Of a DNA stretch of 64,000 nucleotides, positions 49,551 to 60,417 are shown piece by piece. Source of the DNA: Basidiobolus meristosporus CBS 931.73 (lineage: Eukaryota > Fungi > Basidiobolomycota); the NCBI GenBank assembly GCA_002104905.1, contig MCFE01000184.1, forward strand, positions 1-64,000, read 5' to 3'. Made by a program: the position numbers and the translations under genes. Numbering within the stretch: position 1 is the stretch's first letter; each line of letters begins with the position of its first letter. The notes under the pieces were generated by a model. The model worked only from the letters and a program-made list of their open reading frames with translations, was not told the DNA's origin and did no database searches.

Positions 49551-50056
49551 GCAACTTGTTACATGTGGGTTTGGCTTATTCTTAGTGTTAAGTGTAGGAC
49601 TTGTGTTGGTTAGTGCAACTAGCAATTGAGCTACAACTGAAGCTTCAATGGAAGTTAACCAACTTGTAGGCATCAAAATACAAGCATGGTTTCAGTGAGA
49701 AAATAAGTGATATGAAAGCAGACAATAGCCAATCAACACTCAGAAACTTAGTAGGTGCCAAAGGAGATTCCTAGGTAAGCTTCTCTGCTATTAAAAGAAC
49801 AATTTCCTTGCAAGGTTTTGTGGCACTATCCATGGCAACAAAGCTCCAAGAAGCTTTTATTCACAGCTGACAGCAATGGAAAGCCACCTTGCAGTGGGTA
49901 TAGACAACTTAGAAGAGGCTTGATTTACTATATTCAGAGCTATAATAGACTTCTATATTCCACAGTGCTTGGCAGCAGCTTCTGTGGTAATGGAATTAAC
50001 TTGATCCACTGGATATGGGGTAATGGAGAGTATTCATTACTACATATATCAAAACC

Positions 50057-52173
50057 AATATTGCACTCATTTCTTTATGCTGATTTTGCTATTATAACAA
50101 CCAAGTGAAAGATCATAAAATTTCAACTTTAAAGGATAAAAGATCAAGACCCTGACAAGACATCTACCCACTAATACTATGTAATGCAGAACACTCAGTA
50201 GCCAGCCCATGCTTCAAATTACAGCTCAATTGATGCAGTACCTAAGGGGTTTTGCTCAAAAGAGTCCAGCAACCATACACATTAGGACTATATTTCAAGA
50301 AACACCATGGTGACTTTGATTGGATATAACTTTCTGACCGGCCAGTCATATGACTAGAGAATATCACAGGTACTGTGCCTATTTCTGATTGGAGCCACTG
50401 TAAAATTTTAGCTTTGTATCATGTGTATTACTTGCGCAATTGCCCAAGAACTTTGATCCTTCAGAGTTTTCATATACACAACTTCCTCAGCTGAAAATAA
50501 AAGCAAGCCTCTCTTTCCAGAATCTCCACACTACAGTTGCAAGTTTAAAGGTTATGAGACTTCTCTTACATCACTTGCACTGCTGAGTATTCTGACTTTG
50601 ACAGGTACTACATCAGTAACAAGACTACAAACTTCACAAGAACACAGTTTAGGCTTTACAAGAAAACTACTACTTTTCTGTTGGAAGATCCCCCTGAGAG
50701 GCCCCTCTAGTCTAAAGACCAATATAAAAGCCCCTTTACTCTAAAGAAGCCTTTTTAGGCACCCCTTTAGTGTAAATTTCACTTTAGGTAACACTGTAAG
50801 AAGCCCTGTACTGTGGAGACACCCACTTAAACACCCTTCTGGAGACTTCTACAACACACCCCTATAGATAAACAGGTGTTCATAATCTCAATATTAGCAA
50901 ATATATTCTCAAAGAAGAATGTGTCTTCCAAATAAGGAAAAGTTACTCAAGAAGTAATTAAGCTCACTAGTTAGCAGAAGGGCAGAACACTGCTGTAGAA
51001 GTGAGAAACAGAGCTTCAAGTATACTTTGAGCTAAAGATTGACAATATTAACAAAAGTGTTATCATCCACTGGTACATCAAACCCTCAATATCTATCTTA
51101 GTATTAGCATATGGGATGTTGTTGTACATTAGACTTGTTCCATTGGATAGTGCCACATTGAGCCATAGGTGCCAAATGATGCCATAGTGTTCCAGGGAGA
51201 CCAGGTGAGCCAATACAGGGCCACAGAGTGTGAAACATAGCTCTGTGTCTTCATGCAAAGCAGCCTCTGTGTTTCACTCATTGTGCTAGAGAAAATCCAT
51301 TTTTTGACAATTTTCTTTGGATCATCATTGTTGAGGATTTGTGAAAGCACAAAAAGACTGAAGACATATATCTGATACTCAATACCCATGGCACTCTGAA
51401 TATTGCTCCTGTGGCTTGTATCATGTCACAAAAATGCATGGCACTATCTTGGTCCACTGGTACTATCTGGCACTATAAGTGCTCTATATGGGTTTTACTT
51501 TAGGGCAAATATTTTGATATAGTGCCTGATAGTGCCAGTGGACCAAGATAGTGCCATGCATTTTTGTGATCAATGTTGCGCAGGATGTGTAAAATCACAA
51601 AAAGATTGAAGACAGGCATCTGGTACTCAATACCCATGGCACTCTGAATCTAGCTCCTGTGGCTTGTAGCATGTCACAAAAATGCATGGCACTATGTTGG
51701 TCCACTGGTACTATCTGGCACTATATTCAAATATTAGCCCTAAAGTAGGATCAATACAAAGCACTTATAGTGCAAGATAGTGCCAGTGGACCAAGATAGT
51801 GCCATGCATTTTTGTGACATGATACAAGCTACAAGAGCTAGATTCAGAGTGCCATGGGTATTGAGTACCAGATGCCTGTCTTCAATCTCTTTGTGATTTT
51901 ACACATCCTGCGCAACATTAATCCAAATGAAAAGATTAAAAAATAGATTTTGTCCAGCACAATGGGTGAAACACATGGGCTGCTTTGCATGAAGATGCCA
52001 AGCTATATTTCACACTTGGTGGCCAAGTATAGGCTCACTTAGTGTCCTTGGCACACTATGGCATCATTTGGCACCCATGGCTCAATGTAGCACTATCCAA
52101 CAGAACAAGTCTATTGTTGATTAGCCTCTGCATTGTAGAACAAGCCCCAAACTAATCATAATACAACACAACA
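50057..52173 (-). repeat. ~1.1-kb LTR-like dispersed repeat, copy 3 (split by the fold-back element)
   Basis: AATATTGCACTC...CATAATACAACACAACA; sequence is continuous across the ATT TSD of 51131-52112. Confidence 0.65.
51131..52112. mobile_element. 982-bp fold-back DNA element (long-TIR member of the AGACTTGTTCCA family), TSD ATT
   Basis: ATT 51128-51130 and 52113-52115; arms of roughly 350 bp are mutual reverse complements; internal partial duplication. Confidence 0.92.
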
Positions 52174-52700
52174 CTTCCATATCTGGAGTATTTTGAATAC
52201 CTCCCCAATCAGGATCAAAAGACCTTCTAGAGGGCAGAAGCACTTTTATTCTGGCAAATACAAGGCACACTGTGTGAGTACTCAATGTAGTACCCACTCT
52301 TTGCCCAAGAGTTCTCCCAAGAGTTCCCTCCAGAGTCCTACCCAAAGTCCTCCAGTACCCTCCCTATGATTCCCCCACGCGTCCTCCCCTCCTATCCCTG
52401 CCCTTATCTAGTTAGAACACTTACCATAACAGGAAGGTGTTCACACCCCTATTTTATAACACATTGTCTATTGTCTAAGCCCCCCCAAGTGATATATATA
52501 TCTACCCAATTGAACCAGGAAGAACAACAAGATTTGGACGAAATAAACAGAAGTCTTTATTACCTTGCTACCTTCTATTGGAAGCTATTCTGAACCAAGT
52601 GGTACTGAATTGACCTACAAGCTCTCCCACTCATCAAGTACAGTCAGTAATAACCCACATATTTGGTGCCGTCTCTGCGGAAATAAGCACAAGTGAGGTA

Positions 52701-53573
52701 ATGACTACTACAATCAAACTAAAAACATACAAGGGAAAGAGAGAGAAAGCCCTTGAGTGGTTTGATAAGTTTGAGAGAGTTGTGGTTGATGCAGGATGGG
52801 ACGACAATAAGAAAGTAAGAGAGTTTGCAAGACATATGGAAGGGTCAGCATGGCAATGGCATTATGGGTTGGAAGACGCAGTCAAAGACGACTGGGATGC
52901 ACTAGAAGAAGCCTACAAGACACGCTTTCTATATGCCAAAGGATACCACTACAAAGCCCTTCTACTGTCCTCGCGGAAGAAAAGCAGTGAAAGCTATGAA
53001 GCCTACACTGAACTGTTTCTCCAACAAGTTCGATGTCTCCCGAAGGACAAAATCGCCAAACGACAGCTCATGAGGTATTACATCATGGGCTTAGACAACA
53101 AAATAAGACGTAGGGCGTCCAAAGAACAACAGGGATGTAAAACGTTGCAAGAGTTGGTCAAATGAGTACAAGGGGTCATCTTGCTATGGGGGCTACCCTA
53201 TAGTGATACAAATGATCGAAGGACAGGGATCCCCCGTAAGAAAGGAAAAATTGCCTCCCCAAAAGACCATGAGTTAGAGGAATTACGGCGAAAGGTCCAA
53301 GAACTCTCAATCAACAATGTCCAAGAAGTCCCCAAAGAAGGTGATAAACTCTGGGAAGCTGACGTAGATCTAAAGGCCCAGGTTCAAGTCCTGACCCAAT
53401 AGATGGAACAACCGCGACGACAGTATCCGTGTTATGTGTGTGGAGAAGTAGGTCACCGGGCCCATGAATGTGAAAAACAGTATGGAGGAGAAGCCGTACC
53501 AGACACAAAAGAGAAGAAGGCGTCAAAAGACAGAGTCCCTTGCCAGGAGGCCAACGGGACTCAGTCAATCTAA
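52701..53573 (+). pseudogene. gag: Gypsy-2 gag with two in-frame stops (TGA 53163, TAG 53400)
   Basis: EWFDKFERV..GW..HMEGSAWQWH retrotransposon gag. In the same frame after the stops is CYVCGEVGHRAHEC (CCHC). Terminal TAA at 53571-53573. Confidence 0.9.
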
Positions 53574-56353
53574 GCCCTCCGGTCAGGACAAGCGAAGTGC
53601 GGAAGAAGAAGCGTCGACATGATGCTTCTAGAGAGGAGGCAAAGGAACCTGTAGTAGAGGTTCCGTCAAAAGGAAAGAGCGCGGAATTAGGTGAAGAAGT
53701 ACGGAATGAACCTTGGGAAGAAGTGTTAAAGCGAACAAAGAACGCTAGCACGTCTTCCCATGGCCTATTCCCCATAATGAAGGTACTAGAGCAAACCAAG
53801 GCAACCCTCCCAATAACCAATTTACTGGGACTGGCCCTGGCTCTAGTCAAGGAACTGATAGAGGGATTGAAGGAGATAACGACCCTCCATGTCAACCAGA
53901 CGGTCCTGCAAAAACCAAATAAAGGTACATACGTAAAGGTACGTATAGAGAATAAGGAGATTCTCGCCCTTATCGACACAGGATCCTCTACGTTGATCAT
54001 GTCAGAGTCATTAGCAAAACGTCTAAAACTAAATATAGTCCCCAACAACACCATTCAAGTACGGCTAGCAAATGACCAACTGGATACAACAGTAGGTGTG
54101 GTGCCTAATTGCCCCATTTGGCTAGGCAACTTGATAATACGCCAAGATGTCGTGGTCCTACCTGTCGCAGCCAACAACTTACTCATTGGCGAGAGTTGGT
54201 TTATCCAACATAAGATGGATATACTTTACAGTGCATCTGAACTCAGGTGGGATACCGAGAGTATCCCACTGATTCATATCACCAATGAGAGCGAGGCGCG
54301 TAGCAACAGTGTGACGATCAAAGAGGTGAAACCGTTGCAGTCTCCGATCATCACACGAAAGGTGATAAAAATACCACCCGCCAGTGAGACGGTGATCTCA
54401 TTAGAAGCACCAATAGCTTATTCAACGAGCGGAAGAATGATAACCGCAGCAAAAGCATCCAAACAACTGGAAGGAATCTTGATCCCTAAAGTATGGATAC
54501 CACCGAAATTTGAAACGCAAAGCCTGAAATGCTTAGTGGTTAACAACGGGCGACACACGGTGACATTGCCTAGAGGAGTGCCATTGTTAAACTTAGAGGA
54601 AGTCGACGGAAACGACCAAGGACCACCTCCAAACGAAGAACCAGAAGAAGAACTCCCCAAACTAGATGTGGACCCCGGTCTACCGCCTACGTTACGAGAC
54701 AAATTCCTAGAAGGAATACGTCCGCTTGCCCGAGTATTCTCTAAGAACCAAGTAATTGGTCATATACCTGGGGTATATCACCAAATCCACCTTGCCAACA
54801 AATACCCCATCAAGCAAAAAGCCTATAGGAATTCGAAAATTGACACAGACTATATCAAAGAGACGATTGAAACTTTATTAAAAGACGACATCATTACAGA
54901 GAGCCAGTCTCCGTGGGCCTCCCCCATAGTGATAGTCCCAAAGAAAGACGGAAAGCGACGCTTTTGCATCGACTACCGGAAATTGAACGCCGTCACCCGG
55001 AAGGACGTGTATCTGCTACCGCAAATAGACGACCTCTTGGACAGATTAATCGGAGCTAAATATTTTAGCTCTCTTGACTTAATCTCCGGGTATTGGCAAG
55101 TAGAAGTAGCCCTGGAAGATCAACCCAAAACCGCTTTTATAACATTGTTTGGATTATACGAATGGAACCAACTACCCTTTGGCTTGTGCAATGCCCCCGC
55201 TACGTTCCAAAGGATGATCAACAAGGTGCTAGGAAATCTACGATGGGAATGCGCCCTTGTGTATCTGGACGACATCACAATATATTCCCCCAATGTAGAA
55301 GAACATATACACGACGTGCAACGTATCCTGACATCCCTCCTCAAGAACCAACTCAAACTACATCCCAAGAAGTGCCATTTCCTGTATACAAAATTGTTGT
55401 TCCTGGGCCACGAGATCTTGGCAGATGGAATATACCCATCTACGTCACTCCTGAAAGCCGTTCAAAATGCACCTGCACCAAAGGACATTAATGCAGTGTT
55501 GGGATTCCTAGGATTAGCCGGCTACTATCGCCACTTTGTCAAAAACTTCGCGACAATAGCAGCCCCCCTATACGAATTGATGCAAAAGGGCCAGTGTTTT
55601 GTATGGTCGGAGCCTCAAAAGAGAGCATTTGATCAGCTGAAACATTCCCTGACGTCACCGCCAGTGTTACAATTTCCCAATTGGGATGCGAGATTTTTTA
55701 TTAACTGTGATGGAAGCCTCACCGGTATAGGCGCCGTACTGGGACAATACCACCAACCCGGCAAATTCCACCCGATCGGTTACGTGAGCCGTTTGCTAAA
55801 CAAACACAAACGCCACTACCCTGTTACCAAGATAGAATGTCTGGCTGTTGTTTATTCAATTAAACAATTCCATACATACATACATGGTCGCCGATTCACA
55901 ATAGTAACGGACCACAGCGCACTGGTCTGGCTGATGAAAACTAAAGACTTTACCGGCCAACTAGCACGTTGGGCCCTACGACTACAGCAATACAACTTTG
56001 AAATAATTCACCGCGCTGGCAAGAAACACCAGGACGCAGACTTCCTCAGTCGCTATCCCGTTTGCCAAATACGTGTCAGTGATGAGTACGAGGACGTAAT
56101 CTGCTTTAAAAAGAAAGGGAGGTATCCCGAACACATTGTTACAAACAAACAGAAGAGAGAATTTCGAAGGAAATGGTGTCAGTACAAAGTACAAGAAAAT
56201 CAACTATGGTTCCTCCAAGGACAGTCCAGAGCCAAGGTACCCCCACTAGCAGCCCGTGAAGAAATCATACGAGAAAGACATATGTCATTAGGACACGCTA
56301 ACCCCCTAACGACATATAAGATGTTAAGAAAAACATTTATTGGCGAAAAATGA
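53540..56353 (+). CDS. pol: Gypsy-2 pol: protease, RT, RNase H, start of integrase (-1 frame relative to gag)
   Basis: LIDTGSS, SPWASPIVIVPKKDG, FCIDYRKLN, LPFGLCNAPATFQ, YLDDITIY, NCDGSLTGIG, RWALRLQ, H.SLGH. Ends at a probable 1-bp deletion (TFYWRKM read as TFIGEK*). Confidence 0.95.
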   Translation: MPGGQRDSVNLSPPVRTSEVRKKKRRHDASREEAKEPVVEVPSKGKSAELGEEVRNEPWEEVLKRTKNASTSSHGLFPIMKVLEQTKATLPITNLLGLALALVKELIEGLKEITTLHVNQTVLQKPNKGTYVKVRIENKEILALIDTGSSTLIMSESLAKRLKLNIVPNNTIQVRLANDQLDTTVGVVPNCPIWLGNLIIRQDVVVLPVAANNLLIGESWFIQHKMDILYSASELRWDTESIPLIHITNESEARSNSVTIKEVKPLQSPIITRKVIKIPPASETVISLEAPIAYSTSGRMITAAKASKQLEGILIPKVWIPPKFETQSLKCLVVNNGRHTVTLPRGVPLLNLEEVDGNDQGPPPNEEPEEELPKLDVDPGLPPTLRDKFLEGIRPLARVFSKNQVIGHIPGVYHQIHLANKYPIKQKAYRNSKIDTDYIKETIETLLKDDIITESQSPWASPIVIVPKKDGKRRFCIDYRKLNAVTRKDVYLLPQIDDLLDRLIGAKYFSSLDLISGYWQVEVALEDQPKTAFITLFGLYEWNQLPFGLCNAPATFQRMINKVLGNLRWECALVYLDDITIYSPNVEEHIHDVQRILTSLLKNQLKLHPKKCHFLYTKLLFLGHEILADGIYPSTSLLKAVQNAPAPKDINAVLGFLGLAGYYRHFVKNFATIAAPLYELMQKGQCFVWSEPQKRAFDQLKHSLTSPPVLQFPNWDARFFINCDGSLTGIGAVLGQYHQPGKFHPIGYVSRLLNKHKRHYPVTKIECLAVVYSIKQFHTYIHGRRFTIVTDHSALVWLMKTKDFTGQLARWALRLQQYNFEIIHRAGKKHQDADFLSRYPVCQIRVSDEYEDVICFKKKGRYPEHIVTNKQKREFRRKWCQYKVQENQLWFLQGQSRAKVPPLAAREEIIRERHMSLGHANPLTTYKMLRKTFIGEK

Positions 56354-57315
56354 TGACCGACGTTACGAATACGTTACGAAGATGCACCACTTGCAAAAGA
56401 TTCAACCGGAGTCAGAAGATAGGGACAACCGCACCAATACCGGTTGACCTGCCCTTCCACCAAGTAGGGATCGACTTTGTTGGCCCCTTTATGAAAACAA
56501 AGAAAGGAGAACAATACATAATAATCGCTACCAATTATTTCTCAAAGTGGGTAGAAGCCCAAGCCGTCCGCAATAAAGATCAGAAGACAACCGCCCAATT
56601 CATTCTAGAACACCTCATCTGCCAACACGGATATCCTCAGATACTCCTGTCCAACAATGGTGGTTCCTTCCTGAACAACACCATGGCCCACCTGTGCAAA
56701 ATGATGGGCGTGAAACAAGTCTTCACGGCTGCGTATCACCCCCAGACTAACGGATTAACCGAGAGGATGAACCAGACGTGTTGCCGCATACTAGAGAAGC
56801 TTCACTGGGAACTTCCCCAATCATGGGCCGAGCTGCTCCCACTGACACTCCTAGCAATGCGCACCACACCAAATAAAACGACGGGTTTCTCCCCATATGA
56901 AATCCTATATGGACAAAGACCCAAGTGGCGGGAGGAAGCTGGATTGACGATGGAAGGTGTCCCCCTGACGACACATAACAACTATATAGAAAGGTTGATA
57001 CACCGTATCGCCCACCTATACATAAAAGTATTTGAAAATGTTGACAAGCACCTTCCCCCTCCACCCAAAAATGAGAAACTAACAAGACAAAAGTGGAAAC
57101 CAGGCGATAAGGTGTGGTACAACCAAACCATTGCAGGCCTCAAGTTCCGCCCACAATTTACACCCCAATGGATTGGCCCATGCACCGTGATCAGTTTGGA
57201 CCATGGACCAAAGTACACCATCACCCTGAATAATAAGACAATCAGCAACGTAGCGCCAGCCCATCTGAAACCGTTTCATGATGATCCACCGATCATCACT
57301 GAGACCAAAGAGTGA
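56350..57315 (+). CDS. pol: Gypsy-2 integrase core and C-terminus (frameshifted continuation of pol)
   Basis: C..C, VGIDFVGP, YFSKW, SNNGGSF (D to N), HPQTNGLTERMN, TTGFSPYEILYG, WIGPCTV. Confidence 0.93.
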   Translation: MMTDVTNTLRRCTTCKRFNRSQKIGTTAPIPVDLPFHQVGIDFVGPFMKTKKGEQYIIIATNYFSKWVEAQAVRNKDQKTTAQFILEHLICQHGYPQILLSNNGGSFLNNTMAHLCKMMGVKQVFTAAYHPQTNGLTERMNQTCCRILEKLHWELPQSWAELLPLTLLAMRTTPNKTTGFSPYEILYGQRPKWREEAGLTMEGVPLTTHNNYIERLIHRIAHLYIKVFENVDKHLPPPPKNEKLTRQKWKPGDKVWYNQTIAGLKFRPQFTPQWIGPCTVISLDHGPKYTITLNNKTISNVAPAHLKPFHDDPPIITETKE

Positions 57316-57444
57316 TTAAATGATTATCAGGACAAGGATAGAGGAAGACACGGGATACATTTGAAGTTTATTAGAGGAGATTTTAGTCGATATAGGTACA
57401 AATAATATGCGCGAGGGAGTTCGCCCAAAGGGGAGAACAAAAGA

Positions 57445-58614
57445 ATGCATATGGAAAGCGCCAAAGGAAACAGTTCACCCAAAACTGGCGATACCCCTCC
57501 CACTAGCAAGAACCAAGATGATATCAAAAACAAAACCGACCTGCAAGTGTTAAGAGATATGGTACAAGCGTTACGTACGACAAGAGCCACCTATGAAGAG
57601 TCGTGTGCCGGAGCAGTCACACTAATACGAGACACAATCAGAGAGGGACAAGACAAGTTACCCACGCCGATACAAAGCATGGAGATACTACCCAAGAAGA
57701 CCGTGTACCACCTAAGAGGAGGTTCCTTGATCATTAAGGAGAAGGACGCCGCGCTGATTCCCGTATCCATACTGGACACAGTCAGACAGAAGACACAAGG
57801 AATCAACTTTCGCGCCCTCACGAGACCTCGAGAGCCCCCCTGTTTTGTTGCATACTTGCCATTAATAGGTACCATGGTTGTTGAGGTATACGCAGACCTG
57901 GTACAAGCTGCAAGAGCACCAGAAGTAGAACTCCCGATCGAAGGACTCCTCCAAGAAATTTGCGAACATCTCGAACCACATTTCCAAGAAGGAACCATCT
58001 TAGAGAAGATACGCGAACGGATTAAATACACCGGCCAGTTAACCCATGCAATCCACTGAGTTGCTGTGTTACAACTATTACAGTGGTTTACCATAGGACA
58101 ACTCAGGAATCAGTACAAAGTCCAACTCCAAGAAGCCAAAGAAACCGCCGCGGATTCTGTAGAAACCATGAGGCAAGTACAAAAGCGCCTCGATTGCGCC
58201 ACAGTTTCTACGGAAGAACTACAATACGTCTTGGAAGAAGCAAAAACTCGTTATCGACAACGGGTGACTGCCGACCGAGTGTACGCTCTCTTCAAAAGGT
58301 CCCCCGCCGTCATATTGAACACAAAAAGGACAAGCCCCGATAACGTTTGCAAGATAAAGAAGCAAGACTTTATCGCGCTATTGCACCTTTTCTCGTTCTC
58401 CAACCCTCCCGAGGAACTTACCCAGAACCCTATGTTTTGCCAACTATTTGGCTCTGTGGAAAACATCCCTTGAGCAACACAGGCCGCACCCCACTCTGCC
58501 ACCGAATGGTATCAGGTACTTGCCCACAATCCCCTCGCAAGTAACAACCAGCAATGGTACTACGGTGACTCCCCATGCTCCGTAAACGAAATCAATCCTG
58601 GAGAAGCGAGTTAG
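57445..58614 (+). pseudogene. Gypsy-2 ORF3 of unknown function (~389 aa if TGA 58057 and TGA 58471 are read as CGA)
   Basis: Track ORFs 57445-58059 and 58066-58473 are in the same frame, separated by one TGA. The frame stays open after the second TGA until TAG 58612-58614. Lies between pol and the 3' LTR. Confidence 0.75.
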
Positions 58615-59786
58615 TCAAAGAACTTCAAGGACGAAGCTCCCACTCAACCCCCGGGATATGTGAGTACTCAATGTAGTACCCCCTCTTTGCCCAAGAGTTC
58701 TCCCAAGAGTTCCCTCCAGAGTCCTACCCGAAGTCCTCCAGTACCCTCCCTATAATTCCCCCACGCGTCCTCCCCTCCTATCCCTGCCCTTATCTAGTTA
58801 GAACACTTACCATAACAGGAAGGTGTTCACACCCCTATTTTATAACACATTGTCTATTGTCTAAGCCCCCCCAAGTGATATATATATCTACCCAATTGAA
58901 CCAGGAAGAACAACGAGATTTGGACAAAATAAACAGAAGTCTTTATTACCTTGCTACCTTCTATTGGAAGCTATTCTGAACCAAGTGGTACTGACTTGAC
59001 CTACAAGCTCTCCCACTCATCAAGTACAGTCAGTAATAACCCACACACTGTGTCAAATTTCAAGCAATGTCTTACATTGAGGGTAACATTATCTAGTTCA
59101 GTGGGCCATTTGCTGGAAGTAGACTAGTAAATGCAATGTGGGTGGAGAATCATAGTAAATTCAGTATGGGGGAGAAATGTATTGCAGACATGGATTAAAA
59201 TGGAGTGGATTGTCTGAAATAAGGATGTATTAAAGCATATAGAAAGCCAGGTAATAGTTTGCTCAGCAGGAAGCAGAAGCTCTACAATGAGATATTTAGT
59301 CAATTTTCAGTGAGAGTTGAGCTTATATTTGGATATCTAATGTAAGTCAGCATATTGACAGGTAAATACAGAGGAAGGTCATAATTAGGGGATAACAGCA
59401 GAATAGACTAAGTAGTGAAGATACTTATTACTACACAGTATATTCATATAAGAAGATATCCACTGAGAGAAATATGTCTGGAGCAATATGAGGAGTAAAA
59501 AAGCAAGAAAAGCACTATTCTAAGAAACATTATTAAGATTACAATCAAATACCAGTGAATATTTCTTGTCAATGGTATCATGATAAAAATTATAGTGCTG
59601 GATAGTGCTATACAGTGTTGGATTGATATGGCACTCTAAACAGGCTGGCACTATGGGGCACTACTCAATATAATAAGTCTATTGGCTAAGCACCAAGAGA
59701 TTTGCTGCAGATAATAAGGAGGTATTCATTGCATAAGTAGTGGCTACCAAGCATATGTTTGCAAGATGTATATGTTATTATCAATG

Positions 59787-60155
59787 TGCTATGATCTATT
59801 GCTTGAATGTTTAAGTTAGATCAGTGTTTAGTCAAATCAACTAGTTATATGCTTGGCCTATCAATATATCAGTATTATCTATTAAATCAGTGGCAATAGT
59901 CAGCAAATGAATCAGCAGATCTTTATCAAACAGAAATAGATATATAAGTAGCATCTTATTGGGTGATGATGATACAATCAAATGAGTCATCAGCCACAGC
60001 CTACATTAGAAGATACAATTAGTCAGCATTTTATCTGCCAAAATGTATAAAAGGAGCTGCTGGAACCTCAATAATGATCAGTTCAAGTTTTAGTGAATAC
60101 AATACTAGCTAAACTCCCTATTTCCTCTACAACTCGTATACCAAGACTTGTAGCA
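59787..60155 (+). repeat. Gypsy-1 solo LTR, TSD AATG
   Basis: TGCTATGATC...GACTTGTAGCA; AATG at 59783-59786 and 60156-60159. Confidence 0.92.
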
Positions 60156-60417
60156 AATGCAAGGTATGTGGCTGCTTGATAAGTACCATACTGAAGCGCC
60201 ATAAAGTTCAGGTGATAGGAGTGTGTCAATTGTGACAGGTATGCATATGTAGAGGTTTGTAAGCAGGAAGCCATAGCTTTTTGGCTCAAACTATAATTGG
60301 AATACCTATTATAATAGTGGTTGAGCAGTTAAAAAAAGGTGATTCTACCTTGAATATGTAAACAGTGCAAGGGGAGGTAGAAGAAGGATATAGCATTGAG
60401 TAGGCTGGTATGGTTGC

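Larger units (their letters stand above)
52273..59045 (+). mobile_element. Young full-length Ty3/Gypsy LTR retrotransposon with a third ORF (Gypsy-2), 6773 bp
   Basis: 387-bp LTRs at 52273-52659 and 58659-59045 (about six substitutions by eye); 5-bp TSD CACTG (52268-52272, 59046-59050); PBS TGGTGCCGT 52664-52672 (tRNA-His-like 3' end); CpG-rich interior. Confidence 0.97.

Noticed and set aside
53311-54054. 247-aa antisense ORF, and the 167-aa antisense ORF at 57591-58094
   Set aside because: They are shadows of the stop-poor sense coding regions and have no recognisable motifs.
57445-58614. Calling ORF3 an env gene
   Set aside because: It is in the env position, but I see no signal peptide, clear transmembrane anchor or furin/fusion-peptide pattern.
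52701-58614. Alternative genetic code (TGA read as an amino acid) to explain the TGA stops
   Set aside because: Conserved Trp residues use TGG, TAG/TAA stops also interrupt ORFs, and CGA-to-TGA transitions fit the window-wide CpG loss.
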